DNA from: a virus
Lineage: Duplodnaviria; Caudoviricetes
Length of the DNA stretch: 28,017 bases
IMG/VR virus record: IMGVR_UViG_3300020337_000013
Location: 1-28,017 of that record
Strand: one strand, 5' to 3'
The notes beneath the pieces were generated by a model. It ran no database searches, was not told where the DNA came from, and saw only the letters and a list, made by a program, of their open reading frames with translations. A program made the translations under genes and the position numbers. Positions 10,101 through 16,818 of the stretch are shown here, piece after piece (position 1 is the stretch's first letter; each line of letters starts with the position of its first letter).

Positions 10101-11550
10101 TGTCTGCACTATTTGATAAGAAATTAGCTGAACCGTGTGTATTGGTTGAATTACCAAAACTTCTTACTCTAGCAATACCAATGGGTCCTGTGTTTGGTTG
10201 TTGACTTGATGTTTCTGTGCCTCTTGCTGGGCCAGCTGCTGTGTTTGTGGCCTTTGCAATGGTGAATGTGTCGTGTAAATTAACTGTGTTATATGCTACT
10301 GATTTACCTGAAATTTCAGGAGTTACATCTGGTGTATTAAATACATTTTCAACCTTTACTGTATTACCAACTTCTATCGGAGTTATAGCAGAGTCAACAT
10401 TTTCCGTTGTTCTTGGTTTAGGTAAATCAACAAAAGTTGGTGCATTCTTTTCTATCTCATAACCACCAACATATGCTTTACCTGGTGTTAAATGTATTGC
10501 AAGTAAATCATCTGAAGTTGTTTCACCGCCATCAGTTGTGGCACCTGCATCAAATACTCCATTATTAATACCGTCATTTAAACTCTCTCTGATATCAGGT
10601 CTAAAATCTCTAACAACATAATGTCCAGATTCGTCATAAGTTCTTCTTGCAAGAGTATCTCCTAAAACTGAATATTCTGTTGGTCTTACTGCAGATAAAG
10701 TATTACCCAAATTAATTCTCATTAACTCTACAAAATTTGTATCGTTGGTATCAGTAAGTGATAATTTAGCTAATGTTAATGTAATTTTTAATCTATGTGC
10801 ACCAGCTGCATTTTCATTTGATGTACCTGTGGCATTATCAAATAAAGTGCCATCTTCTTCAGGTGTTACTAAATCTTCTGTAATTGTAAACCCTACTCTA
10901 TAAGATGGAGTGTTTGTATATTTGTCTAAGATTAATGTTTGTTCTGCAACATTTATAAAAAATCCTCTTACAAAATATGTGCCAGCAGCAACTGTTACAG
11001 CTGAACCTGTTGAACATGCATTACTAGTTTCAACAGTTAATGATTCTTGTCCTGATATAAAATTACCAAGTGCACCATTGGCTGATAAATTTTCACCATC
11101 AGTAAAAGTAATTACATCATCAACAAGAGTTGCACCTGCTCTAGAACCAACAACAGGAGTTAAATATTTTACAAATAAAGTAATTGGGTCATCACCAACA
11201 GCATCAGTAAATCCTATAACTTTTGCTGTTACACCTGAAGTTGCACCTGTAATAGTCGTACCTACATAAGATGAAATATTAGATGTGATATCTGCAGTGT
11301 TAAATGTACCTTGTACTTTAACAGCAAAATATTTTTTATCTAAACCAACTTCACCACCAGAAATAACTGTACCTTCTTTGAAGATATTTCTTCCAAATTT
11401 TTCTATTTGATTTTGTAATATTGATTGTTGTGAAGTTAATTCTCTTGCCTGAACAGCAAAACCTGGTCTGTAGAGAACTTTATGAAAATTATCACCTTCC
11501 TCAAAGTCATTATAATATGGTGTTACATTTAAATTTGTTTTTTGGGCCAT
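4165..11550 (-). CDS. Large VrlC-like (DUF4815-containing) virion structural protein (2461 aa)
   Basis: MAQKTNLNVTPYYNDF...KVLYRPGFAVQARELT..QSILQNQIEKFG, LARRTYDESGHY, YTMRDIGRLENRI..LE.YTTL.LLE, RFKSGFVVDNF, DPLAQSF motifs; position after gp8. Confidence 0.85.
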   Translation of the reverse strand: MAQKTNLNVTPYYNDFEEGDNFHKVLYRPGFAVQARELTSQQSILQNQIEKFGRNIFKEGTVISGGEVGLDKKYFAVKVQGTFNTADITSNISSYVGTTITGATSGVTAKVIGFTDAVGDDPITLFVKYLTPVVGSRAGATLVDDVITFTDGENLSANGALGNFISGQESLTVETSNACSTGSAVTVAAGTYFVRGFFINVAEQTLILDKYTNTPSYRVGFTITEDLVTPEEDGTLFDNATGTSNENAAGAHRLKITLTLAKLSLTDTNDTNFVELMRINLGNTLSAVRPTEYSVLGDTLARRTYDESGHYVVRDFRPDIRESLNDGINNGVFDAGATTDGGETTSDDLLAIHLTPGKAYVGGYEIEKNAPTFVDLPKPRTTENVDSAITPIEVGNTVKVENVFNTPDVTPEISGKSVAYNTVNLHDTFTIAKATNTAAGPARGTETSSQQPNTGPIGIARVRSFGNSTNTHGSANFLSNSADNDSEFNVGLFDIKMFTELQLSGTPGTGQLGASPSYGAKVTGANSGAIGFVHNVGSQYIYLTNVSGIFTSGEKIKSTSCGATDELVDDNASAGSGTDLTISAVKTFDVSSVKQMYMDDTAGSILDFTADCVQEARFTLTGTISLERGTDVLSGTNTLFNTELKAGDVIEVPTGSGNAVEKIVIESVTDNTTAKYYCVEGGSVALTTNTSRASSTATFTSTAAFTASSGTVISGGGSSTRTVVFQGHAENGFNGRATITRTGNDTATYPVNSGVSTPSAGGSIILISNPVTLVPAVRTRTKINDTNKNILIRKTVKKYAKAMLTEDNNGESQTSYTFIKQFQTRSNSNAISITCGTNETFNAVANTKYTVSVMAKGTSSAVNAGDVLDVEDLGGVLSGGNKTLTFTDAAVFDTDDIDVKITATLTAVTQQQKNKTHNPCNLVLVDNDGVAGGAAYGSSAHHHEISLGRPDYFRIRAIYESIDASTDPLVPKITGNVSSGTFTKGEKIKGASSGALGELVTTGPSNFFYVLLSTTDFSAGETFTGQTSGATGVATTITAGDNVVTSEYVLDDGMRDSFYDVSRIVRKAHRDAPVGKLLIVGDFFSHSSGPFFTVDSYSTIDYESIPTYTATRIDTEQRQPRGRFLLHDAIDFRPTLGETRDVSTTFTTAVQSLDVDKVTSFSFSFNYRNFTAGGAVVTNIPEDNSNFQYDLDFYVGRKDSLFLTKDKEFVLKQGLATELELAEFPKTLSESEAMKIADIELQPYVKDSEQDVKMFLEKNQRYTMRDIGRLENRIQRLEDYTTLNLLEAETENFQVLDANGLNRFKSGFVVDNFTGHKTGDVTHQDYSCSIDYENKTLRPKFNMKNVSLTEQNTTTAARTADGYQKTHDIYTLPYESEVSVENKFATQDESVQSAYFYSYTGVLELDPSGDEWFEVNKIPSILLNEEGNYDQILQAAGGEDILGTMWNSWQTLSEIVSGTTTSGPGRGGLWEQVLVDQVRSGTRTLVTDVFNHRVVGSEIISRDVVPFIRSRNVTFRASKMKSKTRVYPFFDRSYVGNFCTPDAGTPGGSLTEITLPATPNWTSIGKIRFGYDNTDQANDYIAEILSSDTENGFSYAGQFSNHQTIEIAAGSTAIYEYEFAGSVEGPLTPNFFGEKFFRIQISRKIDPIHTCAGHRLFGVQLFDTDGTTSIDLRQFGSVVQFQNLINPSEAIFDPNATEPQEGAVTPGNIGRQEDMRDSVLQFTMNIFTGPRTQEPESGKVRKLLPPGEDGSVFITGPTGKISGVFQIPDPTAPGNPAFKTGERLFRLTSSRINEADDVNNEGVETYAQAIYEARGFLNTVEETVTRTRNGEVWQEEVFEARQFSRRGRTLIQPWDPLAQSFLVDSVGGEFITKADLFFSQVDPDGVPITVMIREMVDGYPTEKMLPLASKTLEPEDVNVSEDASVATTFHFPGPVYVSDHKEYALVVKSDSREYKMFISKLGNADIESGTIVNDQPYIGAMFKSQNNRTWTAYQDEDFKFRLYRAKFDTSKTSNLVLVNEPVETQTLKENPLESLASSQVIKVNHRNHQMYQSTNNVKISGVSSGVSSTLSAAISESATSIVLTSSTGFPSSGSVRIKISRPRDEFGRTQDAEIVTGTISGTTISGITRPASGAASHAAGAAVELYQIQGIPLDQINKTHTSIGNINIDSYTITTANTPASTGVTATTGTASTASEKFGGKSVVATENAMMDLMKPFVSNVEYPGTRITTNIRTTTARSPSGTQTSFNLTPTSKTKPVALGRNYYFDVPRMVCSEPNELNELNSSKSFFLTITMSSEHENLSPVIDLDKTSIATVTHRMDNITSSSDVYPAASFVEATEPEGDSLEAIYLTRQVQLKTPANQLNVKLDAVRHSSANIDLMFKILRTDDSSDFNDIGYTYFNGDGSTDVTTNSSTTRDDFIEHEYSAKDLSDFTAFQIKIRMRGTDTTNPPIIKRLRVVATG

Positions 11551-11552
11551 TC

Positions 11553-13070
11553 TTAAAACTCAACTATAATTTTAATATCTTCTGTTTGGTCAGAAGCTCT
11601 AGAAATTGGTCTTCTATTTTCTATGTATATTATCTCTCCACTATCAGGATGTAATTCTGGATTAGCAAAACCACTAGTAAAAGCAATACTATCAACAGTT
11701 TCTGAACCAGTTGATGAAGGTGTTCCTGTTACACTAGAATTCGCACCTGTGATAACATTTGCACCTGAGAATGCAGTTGCATTACCTGATGCATCTACAC
11801 CATAATCAGAGAATCTTTCTTGTTGAAAATATAATATTTTATTTGTAGCATCCCATTCTACAACTCTACCAACAGCACCAGTTGTGGCTTGTGTTATTTT
11901 TTCATCTATTTCGTAATCACCTGATGGTGATGGAATATAAGCTGCAAATGTTTGTCTTGCAGTAGATGCAGAAAATAATGTTGAACTATTATATTGTGTA
12001 GGATTTTTAACTATACCTACTTGTCTAAAATCATTAGCAACTGTAATATCTTGACCTTCTTCTTGTTCAAACTTTGTATTTAAAATTACAAAGTGACCAC
12101 CTAATTCATTAACTGCATTGTGTCCGTGACCAACAGGAGGTGATATAATTGGTGTTATAGCTCCTGCAGATGCAGAGTTCCAAGATGTTAAAGTAGAACC
12201 ACTAATTAATGATGTTGCAGCAGCATCTGTGTATATGTTTGTACCTGCTAAACTAACTGTTGCAAAAGTATATTTTGAACCACCTGCCTGTACAGTTGAA
12301 ACACCAGATTCACCAAATCTTGTAATTACATTTGAAGCTACCACAAGTTTAAGAATACCTCCTGAACCATCACCTTGAACTTTTGCATAGTAAGTACCAT
12401 CAGGATAACCACTACCTTGATTTGTTACTAAGAACACATCAATAGGTGCACCATTAAAAGGTGCAGTATCACCACTTGCTGATTGGGCTGCAGAAGATAC
12501 TGTTGAGTCGGTTGTAACTGCAGCAAAATCTGTTGTAAGAAATTTATCAATTTCTGTTGTTGTCATTGTGTACATATATTGTAAGTAATAACCACCAACA
12601 AATTGTTTGACAGGTGATGTAAAAGTAGGTTCCGTTGTGAGTGGAAATGTGTTACCTAAAGCATTTAAATTATATAATACTTTATAAACTCTAAATGCAG
12701 AATTGACAAAGAAATAAGTTCCGTCAAATAAATTGTTAACACCTGAACTATTAGCAAGATTTGTACTACTAATATTATGTTCGTACATATCATAAGTTGT
12801 TCCTGATGAATATGTTCTTCTTGGAACACCTCTAGACACATCTGCAGCAGCAATTGCATTAGCACCTAACATTGAATCCCATCTATAATTTTCAGCAGTT
12901 ATATCATCATTTGGAGTTGGAGGTGCAGTATCACTGCCACCTGAAGTTCCTGTAGTGAATGGTGATGATTTACCAATGAACATATAATAATTTTCATTGG
13001 TTTCTGAGAACGACTCTTCAAACTGAGCCGCACTGTTTAGTCTAAACTTTTCTGTAATGATTGCTGCCAT
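11553..13070 (-). CDS. gp8: Baseplate wedge subunit gp8 (505 aa)
   Basis: MAAIITEKFR start; GHG.NA..ELG, NDFRQVGIVKNP, SGEIIYIENRRPISRASDQTEDIKIIVEF terminus characteristic of T4-like gp8. Confidence 0.92.
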   Translation of the reverse strand: MAAIITEKFRLNSAAQFEESFSETNENYYMFIGKSSPFTTGTSGGSDTAPPTPNDDITAENYRWDSMLGANAIAAADVSRGVPRRTYSSGTTYDMYEHNISSTNLANSSGVNNLFDGTYFFVNSAFRVYKVLYNLNALGNTFPLTTEPTFTSPVKQFVGGYYLQYMYTMTTTEIDKFLTTDFAAVTTDSTVSSAAQSASGDTAPFNGAPIDVFLVTNQGSGYPDGTYYAKVQGDGSGGILKLVVASNVITRFGESGVSTVQAGGSKYTFATVSLAGTNIYTDAAATSLISGSTLTSWNSASAGAITPIISPPVGHGHNAVNELGGHFVILNTKFEQEEGQDITVANDFRQVGIVKNPTQYNSSTLFSASTARQTFAAYIPSPSGDYEIDEKITQATTGAVGRVVEWDATNKILYFQQERFSDYGVDASGNATAFSGANVITGANSSVTGTPSSTGSETVDSIAFTSGFANPELHPDSGEIIYIENRRPISRASDQTEDIKIIVEF

Positions 13071-13085
13071 TGTAATTCCTTATTA

Positions 13086-13093
13086 TATTTAGT
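13086..13093 (-). promoter_or_regulatory. Putative late promoter variant (ACTAAATA) upstream of gp8
   Basis: Intergenic CTAAATA followed by AGGA RBS and ATG at 13070. Confidence 0.55.
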
Positions 13094-13099
13094 CTATTT

Positions 13100-13393
13100 C
13101 TATGATGGTTCCGTAGGCCAAGTTACATTATTTACTTGTTCTTCAGTTGTTAAACCATCTGTCAAATCTCTAAGAGCTTGACGGTATGTTGTCCATTCAG
13201 AACTTAAAGTTAAATCAGAACTAGCTCTCCAATCTGTTGCAGCTAGTTTTGCATTTCTTTCTCTTCTTAAATTTGCCATCGCACGATCAAATGCACCTGC
13301 AGCCCAAGCTGTATCTCTTGTTTCTAATGCAGTAATCTCTTCAGCTGTAAGTTCAACTCTTTTTCCATTAACCATTTTATGTGTATAAGCCAT
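13100..13393 (-). CDS. Tail fibre assembly chaperone (Phage_tail_APC-like, 97 aa)
   Basis: LRRERNAKLAATDW...WTTYRQALRDLT...VTWPTEP signature. Confidence 0.85.
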   Translation of the reverse strand: MAYTHKMVNGKRVELTAEEITALETRDTAWAAGAFDRAMANLRRERNAKLAATDWRASSDLTLSSEWTTYRQALRDLTDGLTTEEQVNNVTWPTEPS

Positions 13394-13394
13394 A

Positions 13395-13673
13395 CTAATC
13401 TCCTTTAGGATGTTTATCTTTTATAGCTTTAATTGTTGCTTTCCATCCATCAATTCCATTGTGATATATATCGTCTAATTGATCTTCTATTCTTGGGTAT
13501 TCATTTTCTCGTTTATCTTTATATGCTTCAGGGTCTGTCCAAGCATTTACTTGTGTCCAATTAACAGTAACTTCTGCACCATTACTATCTGTAGCTACAA
13601 TCGTTTCTTGCGTATCACCATTAATAGTAACTACTGAATTATGTATTGCTCGTATGGCTTTATGTAAATCCAT
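13395..13673 (-). CDS. Putative tail fibre chaperone/XkdW-like protein (92 aa; likely start MDLHKAI at 13673)
   Basis: Y...R..EYP.I.DQLD.IYH.G...WK..I.AIK.K.PK motif; TAATG overlap with upstream gene and AGGAG RBS support the shorter start. Confidence 0.7.
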   Translation of the reverse strand: MDLHKAIRAIHNSVVTINGDTQETIVATDSNGAEVTVNWTQVNAWTDPEAYKDKRENEYPRIEDQLDDIYHNGIDGWKATIKAIKDKHPKGD

Positions 13674-14194
13674 TATGCTCCTACCTCCATACAAGTTAAA
13701 CTTGTTGATCCTCTAAATAAATCATCAGAACTTCTTCTGTTAATATAATAAGTATAAGAACCACTACTTCCTCTAAAATATAATTTATAAGTTATTTCTG
13801 ATGTCGTATTTGGTGAGTCTAAAAAATTACCACTTACTGAATGATATGCTCCATTACCTGCATAAGAACCTGATGCGTAGTTATAAGTACCACCTCCTGT
13901 ACCTTGACCAATAGCATTATATCCACCACCACCAATATCTCTATAAGCTGTAAAAAACATATGAGCATTATAATTATTACCCATAGTACCTACATCAAAC
14001 ATTACTAACACTTTACTAGATGTTGCTGATGGAGTTAAGGTTAACGATAATCCAGATATCGCAACATCACTTGTAGAAGTGGTACTTGCAGTATCAGACT
14101 TAAATGCCGATTGCACTTGTAATATTTTTCCAACACCACTTGCTGCTGTTAGTGTACTGTTTACATTTAAATTATCTACTGTTAATGTTCCCAT
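13673..14194 (-). CDS. Small fibre/tip-like virion protein, paralog 3 (173 aa)
   Basis: MGTLTVDNL start; GKILQV...GLS.T.TP.ATSSKVLV...FLDSPNTTSEITYK...SLT.MEVGA beta-sandwich family common in marine phages. Confidence 0.7.
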   Translation of the reverse strand: MGTLTVDNLNVNSTLTAASGVGKILQVQSAFKSDTASTTSTSDVAISGLSLTLTPSATSSKVLVMFDVGTMGNNYNAHMFFTAYRDIGGGGYNAIGQGTGGGTYNYASGSYAGNGAYHSVSGNFLDSPNTTSEITYKLYFRGSSGSYTYYINRRSSDDLFRGSTSLTCMEVGA

Positions 14195-14195
14195 T

Positions 14196-14822
14196 TTATT
14201 TTACCAATCCATATATTGCAAAATTGTTCATTGTAATGTTTCCTCCACTCATATAAAATCTAATTCCATTCACCACACTATTATATGAGTTTATATCTTG
14301 CCCAGCTTGAAAATTATATCCTACTGTATTTCCATTTGTAGCACCACCAAAAACTTGACCTTGTAATCTTGTAGCAATACTTGTACTATTTACATTAGTT
14401 AAATCCATTTGTGCCGTTACTGTTTCTCCAGTTGCATTACCAAAATTGGCAGCTAGTTGCATATATGTTCCTCCAAGAGAATCATAATTATATGTTGAAC
14501 TTGTATTTGCACCATTTTCGTAACAATAATTTGCTTCTACAATAGTACCACCAACAAAAAATCTAGTATATAAAATTGTGTTATCAGTAGCAAAAGTAAA
14601 TCCTGCTATGATTCTATAATTATCATAATTTGAATTGATGTATGTACTATCTATATCAAAGTTTGCTACACCAGAAGAAGATGTGGATGTAAGTAATTTA
14701 ACCATACCAACATCAGTAGTTCTTAATGCTGATTCAGGAAGTAAATTTGATGTTGCAGCTCCATTTGTGATAAGTGCAGTACCATCTCTTTTTTGTAAGT
14801 TATCTACTTTTAATGTGCCCAT
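14196..14822 (-). CDS. Small fibre/tip-like virion protein, paralog 2 (208 aa)
   Basis: MGTLKVDNLQK start; GMVKLLT...INSNYDNYRI...VNGIRFYMSGGNI....AIYGL family pattern. Confidence 0.7.
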   Translation of the reverse strand: MGTLKVDNLQKRDGTALITNGAATSNLLPESALRTTDVGMVKLLTSTSSSGVANFDIDSTYINSNYDNYRIIAGFTFATDNTILYTRFFVGGTIVEANYCYENGANTSSTYNYDSLGGTYMQLAANFGNATGETVTAQMDLTNVNSTSIATRLQGQVFGGATNGNTVGYNFQAGQDINSYNSVVNGIRFYMSGGNITMNNFAIYGLVK

Positions 14823-15502
14823 TACACTATTCCATATACTTTTACTGTTCCGTGTGATTCAAATTTTGTTGTTGTATGGTTTAGAGAACCACCAGAACCA
14901 CCACCACCTACACCTAACATAAATGAAATAGTATCGTAAGATGTACTTGCAGTAGCAATATTTACTCCTTGTTCAAAATAATCTAGTGATGAACTTCCGT
15001 GCATTAGTGTATTAGATATAACACACATTGGATCTGTGCTTACTTGTGGATTTAAAACTTCACAAAACCCACTAGTATATATATCTTCATTTACTGAAAA
15101 ATTTTGACAAAGTGTTCCAATATCATAACCATCTCCGTAAACTACACCATTTTGAGTTGTATCTCCTCTAATATATTGTAATGAATGTTTTATAGTTGTA
15201 GACCCTGTTGTGCCTACACTACCACCACTTCCAAATCTAAATAGTAATGCACCATTAGCGGCATTAGCTGTACTAGCTTTTTCTCTTATGTTGTAATAAA
15301 TTTTGTAATTTGTATAAGTAGAAGTAAAAATATTTGCAAAAACAAATCCTTCTGTTGCATCTGAACCACTTGCAACTGTTTTTGTTTCTAATAAAACCAT
15401 ACCAACATTAGAACTTCTTAATGTTGCTGATGGAATAACACCATCAGTAATAACAGCACTACCATTTTCTTTTTGTATATTATCAACTCTTAAAGTACTC
15501 AT
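14822..15502 (-). CDS. Small fibre/tip-like virion protein, paralog 1 (226 aa)
   Basis: MSTLRVDNIQK start; GMVLLET...FTSTYTNYKI...GTVKVYGI; same family as 14196..14822. Confidence 0.7.
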   Translation of the reverse strand: MSTLRVDNIQKENGSAVITDGVIPSATLRSSNVGMVLLETKTVASGSDATEGFVFANIFTSTYTNYKIYYNIREKASTANAANGALLFRFGSGGSVGTTGSTTIKHSLQYIRGDTTQNGVVYGDGYDIGTLCQNFSVNEDIYTSGFCEVLNPQVSTDPMCVISNTLMHGSSSLDYFEQGVNIATASTSYDTISFMLGVGGGGSGGSLNHTTTKFESHGTVKVYGIV

Positions 15503-15510
15503 ATGTTTTC

Positions 15511-15873
15511 CTATATTATAACAACATCACCTTCTATTGTCAAGGTGTTTCCTGAGGTTACTGTTATCGGTCCTACTGTCATTGCATTAGCTCCTTGAGG
15601 AATCGTTAATGTTTCATTTATAAATTTAGTGTTAGCTCTAAACTGTGCTGATTGCCCAAAAGATTGAGGAATGGCATTGGCGTCAAGAACATCATTGTGT
15701 TGAACTTTTGAACCAGCATTAGCACTAGCATTATCTGTACCATCAAGTAAAAGATTATCACCATCTTCTAGTAATACATTAACAGATGCACCTAAACTTA
15801 CAGATGCATTAATCTTTGCAGTTGTGATGGCACCGTCTTCTATACCATCAGTAGGAACTTGAAAAACAGCCAT
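15511..15873 (-). CDS. Putative fibre adaptor/structural protein (120 aa)
   Basis: IEDGAITTAKI motif, LLEDGDNLLLDGTD acidic motif, C-terminal NAMTVGPITVTSGNTLTIEG motif that commonly precedes MSTLxVD genes in marine phages. Confidence 0.6.
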   Translation of the reverse strand: MAVFQVPTDGIEDGAITTAKINASVSLGASVNVLLEDGDNLLLDGTDNASANAGSKVQHNDVLDANAIPQSFGQSAQFRANTKFINETLTIPQGANAMTVGPITVTSGNTLTIEGDVVII

Positions 15874-15882
15874 AATTTATCC

Positions 15883-16782
15883 TTATGAAATAGTTACGCC
15901 GTTACTTGCAACAACATTCCAATTTGTACCATTATAAACTAATAATACATTATCTCCAACATCATTCCACACAATACTTGTAGAAACATTTGTAGAGTTT
16001 AAATTACCACCAGATTGTGTCATTGTAACATCACCATTATCTGTTGTCATAACAACTATTTTTCTTTGACCAGCAAATCTTCCAGCAGCCATTGTTATTG
16101 AACCAGAACCTGATAAAGCTAAAGTTGAAACTTCAACATCACGACTTAATGCACCTGCACTAGTAATGTTTTCTGTAGAAGAACCTTGTAGTGTAGATGT
16201 CACATTTGGTAATGTAACTGTAATGTTACCACTAAAAACAGAATGAGCTGGTGCTTGAAGAGCAGCATAGTGAGCATTTGAAGATTCACAGTATAGTCTA
16301 ACTTGTGATTGAGCACCATCATTTTTTAAATCTATAATACCAGTTGATAAAGTAATTCTATCATTACCACCAAACTTAATATCAATTTGATCATCAGTAT
16401 CAGCTGTAATTGATGTATCAGCATCTGCATCTAAAACTAATTCTTTTGCATTTAAATCAAACTTAGTTGCAGTCATTTGAAAAATGTCTGCACCATTAAT
16501 TTTGAAATCAATAGTATCGTCTGTGTCGGCTGTAATTGAAGTATCTGCATCAGCATCTAAAATCAATTCTGAACCATTCATATCTAAACTTGTGGCGATT
16601 ACGGGTGCAGTCAAAGTTACTACTGTTGCAGTTGCACTAAGACCACTTGTTAAAGCAGAACCAGTACCCAATAAGGTATATAATTCTACGAAATTATCGT
16701 TAACCTTGTCACCGCCAGCACGAAGTGTATCGCCAGTACCGTCATTTGCTGATGAACCAAGACCGATTGATTGATATGCCAT
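15883..16782 (-). CDS. gp9/gp10-like baseplate tail-fibre connector (299 aa)
   Basis: N-terminal IGLGSSANDGTGDTLRAGGDKVNDNFVELY is the T4 gp9/gp10 N-terminal signature; internal 42-aa duplication. Confidence 0.75.
   Translation of the reverse strand: MAYQSIGLGSSANDGTGDTLRAGGDKVNDNFVELYTLLGTGSALTSGLSATATVVTLTAPVIATSLDMNGSELILDADADTSITADTDDTIDFKINGADIFQMTATKFDLNAKELVLDADADTSITADTDDQIDIKFGGNDRITLSTGIIDLKNDGAQSQVRLYCESSNAHYAALQAPAHSVFSGNITVTLPNVTSTLQGSSTENITSAGALSRDVEVSTLALSGSGSITMAAGRFAGQRKIVVMTTDNGDVTMTQSGGNLNSTNVSTSIVWNDVGDNVLLVYNGTNWNVVASNGVTIS
16360..16590 (-). repeat. Two-copy coding tandem repeat, 126-bp (42-aa) period
   Basis: ELILDADADTSITADTDDTIDFK vs ELVLDADADTSITADTDDQIDIK; TGTAATTGA at 16405 and 16531. 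Confidence 0.85.
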
Positions 16783-16807
16783 ATCCTAATCTCCTAATAT
16801 ATGACTA

Positions 16808-16815
16808 TATTTATA
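16808..16815 (-). promoter_or_regulatory. T4-type late promoter TATAAATA
   Basis: Perfect consensus in the gp7/gp9-like intergenic gap, followed by AGGAG (16791..16795) and ATG at 16782. Confidence 0.8.
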
Positions 16816-16818
16816 ACA

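Noticed and set aside
13100-15873. Diversity-generating retroelement or invertase shufflon driving fibre variation
   Set aside because: No reverse transcriptase or recombinase, no TR/VR pair with adenine-specific differences, all genes in one orientation within this window
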